A model generated the notes under the pieces. The model saw only the letters and a list, made by a program, of their open reading frames with translations, did not search any database and had not been told where the DNA came from. Shown one piece after another: positions 12,865 to 25,259 of a stretch of 64,000 nucleotides of DNA. The position numbers and the translations under genes were made by a program. The stretch comes from Octopus bimaculoides (taxonomy: Eukaryota): NCBI RefSeq assembly GCF_001194135.2, contig NC_068983.1, positions 79,769,752-79,833,751 of the forward strand, read 5' to 3'. The stretch's first letter is position 1. Every line of letters starts with the position of its first letter.

Positions 12865-13106
12865 ATTACAGCTCTATTCTTTAGAGTGTGCTTCCTCTCT
12901 GATATATGTTTTATTGACTATATATATATGAAAAATATTGAGAAAAAGTTCAAAATGTATAAAATTTTTCATTAATATACATATATTGTGCAATTAAAAC
13001 AAGTGGAGAATGAAACCTGTTAAAGGGTAGATAAACACTGTAGAGTCAATGGCCATCAGGCAGATGGGAGTGAGAGAACCCTAGTCTTTCTTTAGACATT
13101 GCTCTA

Positions 13107-13587
13107 AGAAAAGAAAAATTCTGATGTAACACCTGCAATTTTATTAGCATTCGATGATGTTGACTAGTTCATTTGAGTTAATTGCTTAGTGAGACTGGTT
13201 CTGTGCAAGGCCTTTCTTCATTTTAAAAAGGTTCACGCACATGCATCTATTAGGTGTTGCATGTTATGACTGCTCATAGCTGAAAAAAACAAAATACTCA
13301 ACGAAGAATTCCATGATGGAATGAAGGCATATGTCAAGGTGTGTGCAACACTCTCTGAACACCTGCTGCAAGAGGTACTCATCATTGCTATATGTGTGTG
13401 AAATGGTGTAGGTTTCTAGCAGGCATGAAAAGCCACATCTGTGCTGCTTTAAGAGAACAATCAAACAAGTTGCAACCCTCATATGTACAAATGTATGTAT
13501 GAGTGTCTATATATAAATATGTATGTATGTATGTTTGCATGCATGTGTGTATGTGTATACACACATACACATGCACACACACATCCA
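13107..13587 (+). repeat. 481-bp direct repeat, copy 2
   Basis: Matches 11394-11874 at an offset of 1713 bp. Confidence 0.95.
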
Positions 13588-14634
13588 GAAGAATATGTAC
13601 TCAACACCATGATATAATATTTTCAAGCTAATCCAGTTGACTGTTAGTCTAAAATTTCCCTGACTACCAGTCAGTTCCCTGGGCAGTATAAACTGCATAA
13701 ACGAACAGAACATACCTGCTATGTTCTCAACAGCCCACCTTTCAAGAACCTGTAATTTCCAGTCATATGACCAGAAATTATACTGTCGCCCCATTCATTA
13801 CCCATCAATAACCTCCTTTCCCCTTTCACAACTATGATGCTTTTTCCTGCTGAATCATGGCTAAAGCTTGTATCTATTGTAATGCAGCAGCCAGCCTGCT
13901 CACCATACACTTCTGTCTATCTATCATTTAATTAATTATATGCTCCTACACATCTATCATTACAAGAAGTGGTCTGTTTAACTTTTCTACTTTATACTGA
14001 CTGATGAACTAATTGGAAATCAGGGAAATTCCACTATAACAGTCTATTGAATCAACTAAAATAAATTGTGTGTGTATTTATTAAGATGTAGTAGTTTAAA
14101 ATAAAATAATGGTAGTCTAACATAATGTGTAACCACTTTTACTAGAAATGAAATGCAGTAGTTAGCTGGATATGAAAAAATGGTAACAGGATCACCATTT
14201 ATTCGATTGATCACTAAATAGAATTCTTTGTTATAGTGTTTAAGAAACGAAGTTTCTTTAGCAAGAAATTGTAATGTCAAATGGAAAAAGTAAGTGGGAA
14301 CATTCTCTTGTATAAAAGCTTCTTTTAATTTAACAGGCTTCCTTTGACTTTGTTGTGTTGAAAGCTGAGATAGCAACAGTAACTAATATTGCTTTTTCTT
14401 ATACAATAGTCTTCTATTATGGAAGTACTGTGGAATAATATACAACATTACATCAGGTTTCTTTCCAGAGATTTCAGTAACTTTGAATTGACATAAACAT
14501 CTGTATGAATATATGACTTGTATGTGTATGTGAGAGAGAGAGATAGATAGAGAGAGAGAACTGTTAAGGAGAGATTGTTTGCTAATGCTCTGCACACTGT
14601 CTTTACTAAAGCTCTCTCACACACTGTCTTGCAA

Positions 14635-15352
14635 CACAAAGTGTTTCGTATTGCAAGACAATGTGTGAGAGAGAATCGTGATGTCATTGGAGAGAAATGT
14701 GTCTGCATGGATGATGGCTCATTTGCATTTAATGAGGCTGCAAAGAGAGAGATTTGGAGACACCACTATGAAAGGTTACTAAATGAAGAGAATGAATGGG
14801 AGAAAGAGAGTCTGCCAAATGTCGACCCAACAGAGGGACCAGCTATCTGAATTGACAGTACCTTAGTAGATAAAGCAATTAAGGGTATGAAGACAGGGAA
14901 AGCCTCCAGCCCATCAGGAATCACTGAAGAGATGCTTAAAATATCTGGCAGTGTAGGTTGTAGTCTAGTCACCTGTATAGCCAACCAGGTGATACATGAA
15001 GGAGTCATACCCAATGACTGGTGTAACAGCACCATAGTCAACTGCTACAAAGGTAAAGGTGATGCTTTAGATACAAATAATTACAGAGGTATCAAGTTGT
15101 TGGATGAGGTAATGACAGTCATGGAGAGGGTCATAGCCCAACTAATTAGGAAGAGAGTTGCTTTAGATGAGATGCAGTTTGGGATTGTGCCAGGGATAAG
15201 TACTACTGATGCTATATTTCTGGTAAGACAGCTGCAGAAGAAATATCTAGCCAAGGATAAACCTCTGTACTTAGCTTTCATTGACAGTCCTCAATCAAAC
15301 CGTCCAACCCATGTCAGCATGGAAAGCGGATATTAAACGATGATGATGATGA
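14635..15352 (+). mobile_element. RTE-clade LINE, 5'-truncated and internally deleted
   Basis: VFRIARQCVRENRDV...HYERLLNEEN...MKTGKASSPSGI..EMLK...IPNDW..STIVNCYKGKGDALD.NNYRGIKLL...MQFG.VPG.STTDAIFLVRQLQ.KY...LYLAFID is joined directly to the tail AGTCCTCAATCAAACCGTCCAACCCATG...(GAT)n. Confidence 0.9.
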
Positions 15353-16125
15353 TATATGCTGCAATAGTTATGATGGCAGACTGTAAATCTATTTAACTTA
15401 GACTGGTATATTTAAATTTAAGCCAAAATATGTTTGAATTTTTAGTACTTTGTTAAACAAGATTGCAAAACAACTAGATTATTGAAGAACCAATCTAACA
15501 GAAAGACATCAAAATAACCATATAGAGGTATCAAAGTGAAGTCATAGAAAACTAATGAAAAAGTGGCTGGAATTTTCAAATTCATTGATTGCTGTATGTT
15601 GACTGTAGTTGGATAATTCCATGGATCAGTTGATTTGTCTGTAAAACAACAACTGAAGAGTTGATGTTGAAAAAATTCATGTACTTCTTGAATCTTGAAA
15701 GAAATTTGCTGCATTGCTTGTTGTTGTAGAACATAAATGAGCTTTGAAATAATAGAAATAAAACAAAAAATATGGTAGAACAGGGGAAAATTTTCTGATG
15801 TCATGATTGTTATGGTTTTTATGTTGATGAGGTTTATTACAGTTGAGGAGAAGTTTTTTTTTCCATTAAGTATTCCTTGCAAATTTAGATAAAACATAAG
15901 TTGTGGAGTTGATGACACGGTGACCTTCTCACATGAGTCAAAATGACAAAAATTCCAAATATTATTTGCTAAACCACTGAAGTGATAACTCTTGTTGTAA
16001 CATCTGTAGATAGATTGATGACAGTTGGTTGTGATGTTGATATTATTTTATTTTAGATCAACCTAGAGTGAATAAAGCCATGATCAAACAATTGCGACCA
16101 TCCTATTGATATATGTGTGTGCATG

Positions 16126-16199
<74 letters not shown>

Positions 16200-16600
16200 A
16201 CAAGCAACATCATGAATTATTCATCATGCTGATTGTTGGATAGGTCATCATCAGAGTTTTACCTTGCCTTTTTATACCTCTTTAAAATGTTAATGAAAGA
16301 TTTATGCTATGATGTAATCTATGAATACATCAATAAAGTTCTATCGAAACAGCTGTAGTAAATTTTAAATGTCATTTGTGTCCTTTTTAAACCTATATCC
16401 CACTTAAACCAACCCTAATCTGGATCTACAGTTTAAATTGGATTTGATACTTACATATCAATATATCTGCAGCATACTACTGATATGTGATACCTCATGG
16501 TTGTTTTACCACACTGTGAACCCTGTGCTAAAATACCTAGTCAATTCTGACATCTTACATGTTGATGCACCTAGATTCTGATGAATCTTATGACTGATTA

Positions 16601-16654
<54 letters not shown>

Positions 16655-16953
16655 NNNNNNNNNNNNNNNNNNNNNNNNNNNNNNNNNNNNNNNNNNNNNN
16701 NNNNNNNNNNNNNNNNNNNNNNNNNNNNNNNNNNNNNNNNNNNNNNNNNNNNNNNNNNNNNNNNNNNNNNNNNNNNNNNNNNNNNNNNNNNNNNNNNNNN
16801 NNNNNNNNNNNNNNNNNNNNNNNNNNNNNNNNNNNNNNNNNNNNNNNNNNNNNNNNNNNNNNNNNNNNNNNNNNNNNNNNNNNNNNNNNNNNNNNNNNNN
16901 NNNNNNNNNNNNNNNNNNNNNNNNNNNNNNNNNNNNNNNNNNNNNNNNNNNNN
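16655..16953. other. Assembly gap flanked by (GT)n and poly-G
   Basis: Run of N. Confidence 1.
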
Positions 16954-17500
16954 GGGGGGGGGGGGTCAGGTTCCCTTATTATGCATAACAGTTTGCCTTT
17001 AGAGCTTCCAACTATTTTTATAGATTAACTACAATTACTTAAAAATAGTTATCTCTTTCTATTAAGTACAATCCTCTCTGTGTATACAGTAAATATATCT
17101 CAGCTTTAGGAAGTTGAGTTCAGAATTTAGTGAGTAATATTTTTTTTTTCATCTAGGCTCAGTAGATTGATAGACTTTCAATGTATCACATTGAGATTGT
17201 AGTTTATGACAAGGACAGCTACTTTGCTTGTGTCTATGATAATATTTCTTAGAATGAGTTTAAGTTTTGATATTATATTGCTTAGGATTTTGAAATTGCA
17301 TTCATTTCTATATTCTATAAGTTACATGTTTTCCTACTATATGAGCTGTTGTTTTAGATTTCCGTTTTCAATATCTAAATCTAAATTGATATTTCAAGTT
17401 TTATTAATTAATTTGCTGCTTTTTAATTCAAAACTATTTGATATAACTGCAAATTCCACTTAAATCTGTTTTGGTTGAGTCTCCAGATAGTGTATATTTC

Positions 17501-17722
17501 TTAAGCATTCATAATACACTGTCAAATGTAATACTTATTTATTGACGTTCTTTTGAATTAATCATGTATTATCTTGTGGCTTTGAAATTTCAATTATGAG
17601 ATTGCTTATTTTTACAATGACATTGTAGGGTAGGTGTGAGAAGCTAGATGTGGCCAGTGTGAATATAAACAGGTTGAATATTTTGGCCAAACATAGCCAA
17701 TTGAAATATGCAAAGGGGTTAA
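17501..17722 (+). mobile_element. piggyBac-like MITE copy
   Basis: The internal sequence matches the 11034 copy and the right end is ...CAAAGGGG|TTAA. Confidence 0.6.
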
Positions 17723-20700
17723 ATATAGCTGCTATGTCAGATATTATCAGTAACATTTGTTGGTTTGATTCATTAAATTTGTTCGTAGAATCAGAGCTAA
17801 ACTTATGTAGTGGGAATAAGGAGGATACTTGAAAAGTTTCATCTTTATGAGAATATGATTATTATTATTATCATCATCATCCTCATCATCATTATTATTA
17901 TTATTATTATCTCTTTATTTTACAATAGTTTGGATCTTTGGCAATATTTCTTTCTTATTTCATTTTATTTCACTTCATTTCATCATCTACTTTTAAGTAC
18001 AAATATGAATTTTTCTGTTCTAATTCTCCAGTTCTAATGACTAATTCTCAACTATTGACTTATATTTGGATTGATGTGTTTATGTACAATGTCATTACTA
18101 TCCAAAAATTCTCTTAAAGTATTCTCTGCAATCAATTCCTACTTAGCTTAGATTTTTATTCTTGTTGTGTTGTCTTTAATAATTATTCAGTTTATCCACA
18201 GCTGTCCAATATACTCACGTATCTTTTCCTTTAATACATGGATTTATGATAGGCTGAAAGCCTATATACATCAGGGCTATGTATATTCTTGGCTAATTGG
18301 TTATTGTTTTTCCTTATTTTATTTATTTATTTTCTTTAGGATTAATGTTTTTTTCCTTTTCCTAGAATCAGCTTGGTGTCCCTTTAGTCTTGTGATTCTT
18401 TATAATCTCAAACATTCCACAGAATTACTCAATATATCTCTTATACACACTTTTCCAGGCTATGAAAATCATAACCAACACTAGACTTCAAAATATGCTA
18501 ATAACTAGGTTTTTACTTTACCTATGGATAAACAGGAATGAAATATGAAAGAAAAATCATAAGAAGCCCATCGTATGTGTGTGAGTGTGTTTATCCTCCC
18601 CCTATCACCACTTGACAATAAGTACTAAGCTTAAAAATAATAATTCCTGGGGTCAATTTGTTTGACTAAGACCCTTCAAGGTGGTGCTCCAGCATGGCTG
18701 CAGTCAAATGACTGAAACAAGTAGAAAAATAAAAGGAATATATATACACACACACACATATAGGAAACAACACTAGAGATCAAGTCCCTTAACTCTTATA
18801 TAAGAACCTCTGCTCTAGTAATTCATTGAATGCTGTTGCTATAGATTTGTGTATACTGCAAGCTTTATCAATTCTGGAAGCCTGCCAGTTGTTACTTGTT
18901 AGTAAACCATCTCCAATATCTTGGATTTGCATTGCAGTTGAAGTTCTACTACAATTATTTCAGTAAATGTTCCATGTACATGAATCTGATGGAAGAGCCC
19001 TCATGTTTTCCAAAGCATGTTATTTGAAATTCTTTACCAAAATAAGTTGTTTCCATTTTTTTTTAAGGTTCTGTTTTCCTTTTGAATCTCTATTGCATTT
19101 GTTTGTTTTTTCTTCCATATTAGACACCTTTCTGCTTTGCAGGATAAAGCTAAATCTTTTCTCTTTTTGCTCCTTTTCTATTCTATATTTCGTCTTGTGT
19201 AGTTTTTGGTGTGTATGCATTGTAAGCGGAGTGTGACTTATTGTATTAGGGTCAAGTTTGGTTTCCCTTGATACATCCATTTACTGAGAAAATTAGGTTA
19301 TTTAGCATATTGGTGTTTTGGTTTACTTCTGTAGAAAATATTTTTTCGAAAGGTTTTGTTGTATTTGGCTACATTTCCCATAGATGTTTGTTCATTCATT
19401 GTTTATGGAGTTATTTCTATTGATCCATATCGATTGATTTCTTTGTGGTCAGTTCTTCTATTTTCATAATCATTTCTGTTAGGTTCCCTCATTGTTGACT
19501 TTGCTTTTTCTGTCGTCCTTGTAGCTGTTTTTAGTGTTGTTGCTTCTGTTTAGCCCATGGTCAAACCTTTTTGAGCAGAACTATGTTCAAGTGCATTCCA
19601 GCCATGCCTGTTCCATCTTTTTAAAGTTATGCAGCACTACATTATTTAATTGTTATCTGAGAGTGAATTTACATACTATTTCTAGCAGATCAAATGACCA
19701 GGTAGAGGGTCTTTCTCCTGTTTCTTATCTGTGAAGTGAAGAGTATGTATAGTATAGCTGAGTATTTCAATGACTATTTCCAATGAGTCTTTCTTTGGCT
19801 TTTTTGTTATATTTTTTCTTTTGTTATCTGTTTTGTAGTGATGTTCTTTTCATGTGTGGTCATTTTAGTTGCGCTATTTTCAGATCTTGCTTCACACAAA
19901 ACACACAAGAGGTTCATCTATTTTGTGTTTGTCATGTTTTGTTGTATTGCTTTTATAGGTTCATAGGGTATTATCTATTCCTTTGTGTGGTCAATTTTTC
20001 TTTCTTTCTGTGATTTTCAGTGAACATTCTTTCTAAAAGTTATTTTGTCTTTCTTCTATGGATAGTTTTTATTATTTATTACATTAGTATATTATTATCA
20101 GTATATCAGTATGTTTTATTATTATTATTTTATTTCATGCCTATTTGAGATATTTCCCTTATTTTCAAATCATTCTAAGAAACTAGGGATTTGGAATCTA
20201 GGATTATTGTTTGTGTGACTAGACCAAGTTCTGAAAGATTGGAAATTGTGTTAGCACAATTCACAAAAAAGAAAAAAGTCTGGTGAACATCAATGAGAAT
20301 GCCAATGCTGATTCCCATTGTTTAATATATATACACATAGATCTGTTAATGTATTTTAGTCGAGTTGTTGTCTTTCATCTACTATTTTGTTCTTCAAATC
20401 TCATACATTACTTTTATAGTGCCTGTGAGTACTACATATAGTCTGGACATGTATAGGTATAATTCTATGTTCTACAATTCCCATGTGCTTTTCAGTTTAT
20501 TTTGGCACATACTATATGTGTGTGTATATGTATACAATTTTTTTTCTTTGTCAAAGATTAACCACTTGAGTGGGTATTGCTTCTGATACTCATATTTCAT
20601 GCACTTGCTAGTATGATTATATTAAACTCACACAACAACATTCCTCATGAATCATGGGTCACTAGGCATTGTTTTTATTGATTGCTGCTGTTTGTACTGT

Positions 20701-21252
20701 TAGTTATGGTTGATATGTTGTGACACTTTGGTTTTGTTTTAAGTTAGCTCACTTTATTTATGTGTCTTAGTCTTTGTTGTTGTTTGTTTTCTTTTGTGAT
20801 TACCCATTGTTTATTATTACTACTAGCTGTATACTTTGTATATAATCAAGACAAGCAAGGCTAGCCTTCTTTGTCTTTAGTTATACAAAATAAATACTAA
20901 ATATAATTACAAGGAGATACACTAACATTATTTTCTAATTAGTTTGTTAAATTTGCTTTGGATCAATAGTGTTATTTTTTTCTTTTATTCTTTTTCTACA
21001 GATTATTATGTTGCCTCTTCTAGTCATTCACTTTTTCAGAACAATGGATTTGTAGAAGTGGATTAGCAGAGTTTCTAACAAAGTACTTCATTGTATTTCG
21101 TTAAGTTTCTTTATTCACTGAACTCAACTTTGATTTTCATCCTTCTGTAAGTTGATAAAACTAAGTCCCAATTAAGAACAGGTTCATTTGTTGCTCTCTG
21201 TCCTTCAAATTTCTGGCCTATGTTTGGAAACATTAGTATTATTCTTATTATT

Positions 21253-21438
21253 AAGGTGGCAAGCTGGCGGAACCATTAGCATGCTGGACAAAATGATTAG
21301 CAGCATTTCATCCATCTTCACATACTGGTCTCATAAGTACCTGTCAAGCACTGCGGTCAACATAATCAACTCACCCTTCTCCCCAAATCCCGTGTCTTGT
21401 GCTTATAGTAGATTGAATCATTATTATTATTATTATTA
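21253..21438 (+). mobile_element. tRNA-derived SINE, AAGGCGGCGAGCTGGC family, with (ATT)n tail
   Basis: Head AAGGTGGCAAGCTGGCGGAACC-TTAGC, body, and (ATT)n tail. Other copies lie at about 135, 22840, 23285, 33275, 33485, 37731, 38105, 38338, 53912 and 54141. Confidence 0.75.
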
Positions 21439-21439
21439 T

Positions 21440-22075
21440 ATGAAAACTCACAGCTTATTTTGCTGGGTATGATGGAAAGTGTCAGCTGTCCACAGCCAGC
21501 AGACTAAGGTGACATTTGTCTGCTGGTCAACTTCAAGAACCCTGTGAAGAATTCTGTTTTTTGTAGGTGTTCTACCTTCATACTCACACCAATCTTTTTC
21601 AGCCAAGCTGGTAGTTGAGTGCTGATATTTCCAAGTGCACCAATTGCTATTGGTGTCTTTGACAACAACTTTCATATTTCCCACTTTAAATCATCTTAGT
21701 TGTTTATTTTTTCTTCTTCTTTCACATTGATCCTGTTGTCACCAGGACATGCTATATTGATAATCATACATGTTCTATCATTTTTATTCACCACAACCAT
21801 GACCGGTTTTCTATATCTGGTCAGGTGATCACACTGGATCATTAAATCACATAGGATTATGTAATTCTCATTCTCAGTGACTCCTTCTAGAGTTTGCTCA
21901 TACCATGTCTTTGCTATTTGTAGGCTGTGATTTCCACAGAGCTCCCAATTGGTCATTCTTGCCACATTGTTATGGCATCATTTGTATTTGCATTGTACTA
22001 ATTTTGGACATTTGCTAACGATGTGCAATTCTGTTTCACCCCTCTCACCACACATTCTGCATTTGTCACTATCTA
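21440..22075 (-). mobile_element. R4/Dong-clade LINE 3' fragment (zinc knuckle + restriction-like endonuclease), copy 1
   Basis: SDKCRMCGERGETELHIVSKC...HNNVARMTNWELC...WY...IQCDH...RKPVMVVV...INIACPGD.RI..KEEEK...AIGALG...EHLQKT, followed by a 3' UTR and (TAA)n. Confidence 0.85.
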
Positions 22076-22109
22076 TATTATTACTATTATTGTTATTATT
22101 ATTATTATC

Positions 22110-22790
22110 ATTGCATTTGCACAGCATCTAATGCTGGAAATGTACTACAGTGTCAGCTGTTCACTACCAGTGAACTAAGGTAACACTCCTTATTTTTCAA
22201 GAACCTTCCGGAGTATTCGAGCAGTTCCAAGCAGTGCTGTTTTCTGCAAGTGCTCCATCCTTATTTGTTCCATGTACTTCTCAAGATTTTTCCTCACTAT
22301 TCCCAAGGCTCCAACAATTATTGGTACTACTACCACCTTTTTCATGGACCACAACTGCTTAACCTCCCAAGCTAACCTGTCATATCTATCTGCTTTTCTT
22401 TCTTCCTTATCGCATACCTTGTGGTCAGGTGGGCATGCTATAACTATGATCCAGCATAGTTTGGTTTCTTTCTCAAAGAAGACTATGTCTGGATTCCTAT
22501 TCTTTATCCCATGGTTGCACTGAATCAAAATTCCGCAGGATCTTTGCATTATCATTTTTGATGTTGCCTTCGGGTTTATGGTTGTACCAATTTTTTGCTC
22601 TGTCAAGTCCATACTTGTTGCAAAGTGTCCAATGGACAAGCCTTGCTATATTGTTGTGGCATCTCTTATATCCCTTCTGGGTTAGTAGCATATATTGACT
22701 GGTAATTTGCCATACGGTTTCACCATTCTGTCCACTAATTCTGCACTTATCACTTTCTGATGTGTTTTCTATTCTGTATTTTATATAACT
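22110..22790 (-). mobile_element. R4/Dong-clade LINE 3' fragment, copy 2
   Basis: YIKYRIENTSESDKCR...HNNIARLVHWTLC.KYG...WYNHKPEG...NPDIVFF...IACPPD...KEERK..RY..L.WEVK.LW...VVVVPIIVGALG...EHLQKTALLGTARILRKVLE. Its 3' UTR resembles that of copy 1. Confidence 0.9.
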
Positions 22791-22970
22791 TCTTCTTCTT
22801 CTTCCCCCTTATCATTATTATTATTATTATAAGAATAGAAAGGTGATGGATTGGCTGAATTGTTAAAGTGTCAGGCAAGTTCCGTGTGGTATTACTTTTT
22901 GCTCTTTGCTTTCATTTTTTATCGAGGACAACTTTGTCTTTCATCCCACCAGGGTTGACAAAGTAAAGTA

Positions 22971-23017
22971 CAGTAGTACCTCGGTTTTCAAGCAACTTTG
23001 ATCATGAATACATCATG

Positions 23018-23056
<39 letters not shown>

Positions 23057-23120
23057 TAGATAGATAGATATAGCATGATTTATTCATGATCAGAGGCATT
23101 CGTAAACCAAGGTGCTACTG
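22971..23120. mobile_element. Tigger/pogo-like MITE (TA TSD, CAGT ends) with microsatellite loop, nested in a SINE
   Basis: TA|CAGTAGTACCTCGGTTT...TGATCATGAATACATCATGCT-(TA)n(GATA)n-AGCATGATTTATTCATGATCA...AAACCAAGGTGCTACTG|TA. Confidence 0.8.
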
Positions 23121-24076
23121 TATTAAAAGAATATGAGAAAGACAGGAGATGAAGTACGATTCATTTGTGATGAGAGTTGTTCAAAAACCTAGGTTCTACT
23201 GTACTTATTGGTGTAGATATAATTAATCACTCCCCTCAAGATTGTTGGTTTTGTGCCTAAATTAGAATGTATTATTAAGAACACAAAGGTGGTGAACTGA
23301 AAATTTTGCTTGAATGTTGGACAAAATGTCTTGTGTTATTTATTTTTTATATTCTGAGTTCAAATCAGGCTAGAGTTAACTTTGCCTCTCCTTGTTTCTG
23401 GGTTATTGAAATAAAATATCAGTTAAATGCTAGGTTCAATTCAATCATCTGTTCCACGCTATCACAAAATTCTAGCATTCTTTTCTTATGCTCATGTTAA
23501 AAAATAGTTATTATTTAATATATGATAGAAAGTTTTTTTTTTTATAAGGTAATAATATTTTGCATTCTGTTTGCATAAACCTCAATTAGAAATGTGATAA
23601 AGTTTGTCTACTTACTACTTAACTTCACAACTGTCTACTTTAATAATGCAAATTAATCTTACATTCTTGAATCTCAGACATAGTAATCAATATATATATT
23701 CTAAGAACTTTTCAACATATTTGAATAACTTCATAAAGATATTAAAAAAAAAAATACATGGAGATCTATAGCAACAAAGAACTACTACTACTACTCCTAC
23801 TTTGTCTTCATGTTAATTTCTTGTCTCATTGAAGTAGTTCTGATTTTATTTCAAGTTTAAACATTAATTTCTCTCCTCCCCTTGTGTCTAAATCTTCTTT
23901 TAGTTTATGTCATTTTAAGTTTTTATGTCAGCCATTATTCTGATCATGACTTCCTTGTTATTATATCTTTGCCACTTAGAATTATCATCATAGTTATTGT
24001 AGTTTCACCACATCACATTGTTATAAACAGTAATATGTCTACCAACATATATGTATGTGTGTGTGTGTGTGTGTAG

Positions 24077-24114
<38 letters not shown>

Positions 24115-24172
24115 GTCTACATACATGTATGTATGTGTGTACATAAGCATGTATGTGTCCAAACACACACAG

Positions 24173-24204
<32 letters not shown>

Positions 24205-24211
24205 CTATATA

Positions 24212-24355
24212 TAGATGGCGTGGAGGTGTGGTAAGAAGTTTGCTTCCCAACTACATGGTTCTGGGTTCAGTCCCACTGTATAGCACATTGAGCAAGTGTC
24301 TTCTCCTATAGCCTCAGGCTTGTGGGTGGATTTGGTAGATGGAAACTGAAATCCC

Positions 24356-24403
<48 letters not shown>

Positions 24404-24645
24404 CATACACATATACGTATGTGTGAAGGTAAGTGTGCCTTTGTGCCTGTGTTTGTTCCCCCACCACTGTTTGACAACCAGGTGCTGGTGTGTTTAGACT
24501 CCTGTAACTTAGCAATTCAACAAAATAGACCAATAGAGTAAGTATCAGACTTTGAAAAAAAAATTCTGGAGTTGATACAGCCAACTAAAATTTCAAGGCG
24601 ATGGCCCAGAATGGCCACAGTCAAATGACTGAAACAAGTAAAAGA
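24212..24645 (+). mobile_element. Full-length OR-like SINE with internal (GT)n
   Basis: GGCGTGGAGGTGTGGTAAGAAGTTTGCTTCCCAAC...GGGTTCAGTCCC...GTCAAATGACTGAAACAAG. Confidence 0.85.
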
Positions 24646-24662
24646 TGTGTGTGTATATATAT

Positions 24663-24707
<45 letters not shown>

Positions 24708-24755
24708 GGGTACTATGAAGCACCAGTTTTCCTAAAAATGGGTTCATGAGAAATC

Positions 24756-25022
24756 NNNNNNNNNNNNNNNNNNNNNNNNNNNNNNNNNNNNNNNNNNNNN
24801 NNNNNNNNNNNNNNNNNNNNNNNNNNNNNNNNNNNNNNNNNNNNNNNNNNNNNNNNNNNNNNNNNNNNNNNNNNNNNNNNNNNNNNNNNNNNNNNNNNNN
24901 NNNNNNNNNNNNNNNNNNNNNNNNNNNNNNNNNNNNNNNNNNNNNNNNNNNNNNNNNNNNNNNNNNNNNNNNNNNNNNNNNNNNNNNNNNNNNNNNNNNN
25001 NNNNNNNNNNNNNNNNNNNNNN
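24756..25022. other. Assembly gap
   Basis: Run of N. Confidence 1.
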
Positions 25023-25259
25023 AAATCCGTTAGATTCACTTCAACATTTAAATTTAATTTGTCAAAATATTTTCTTCGCTTTGAGACCGCGACCTGTTCA
25101 CTGACAAAATTCTGTGCTGCACAGAATTTTGAGACCGCGACCTGTTCACTGACAAAACTCTGTGCTGCACAGAATTTTGTCAGTGAACAGGTCGCAGTCT
25201 CAAAGCGAAGAAAATATTTTGACAAATTAAATTTAAATGATAAAGTGAATCTAACGGAT
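25023..25259. repeat. Near-perfect palindrome (about 94-bp arms, 1-nt centre) with a 48-bp tandem duplication of the tip
   Basis: AATCCGTTAGATTCAC...CTGTGC-T-GCACAG...GTGAATCTAACGGATT. The 48-bp unit starts at 25079 and again at 25127. Confidence 0.9.

Noticed and set aside
11392-13587. LTR/TRIM interpretation of the 481-bp direct repeats
   Set aside because: The repeats end in CA but only one begins with TG. There is no TSD, PBS or PPT, and the interior is made of unrelated SINE and MITE pieces.
15442-15918. 158-aa minus-strand ORF
   Set aside because: No recognisable domain, and the composition is typical of AT-rich non-coding DNA.
19000-19400. A-rich minus-strand stretch with ETKLDPN, a possible LINE endonuclease start
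   Set aside because: A single short motif with no other APE motifs in frame.
25079-25178. CRISPR-like array (also 29071-29140 and the 60-bp subrepeats)
   Set aside because: These are head-to-tail repeats with no unique spacers and no cas genes, in eukaryotic DNA.
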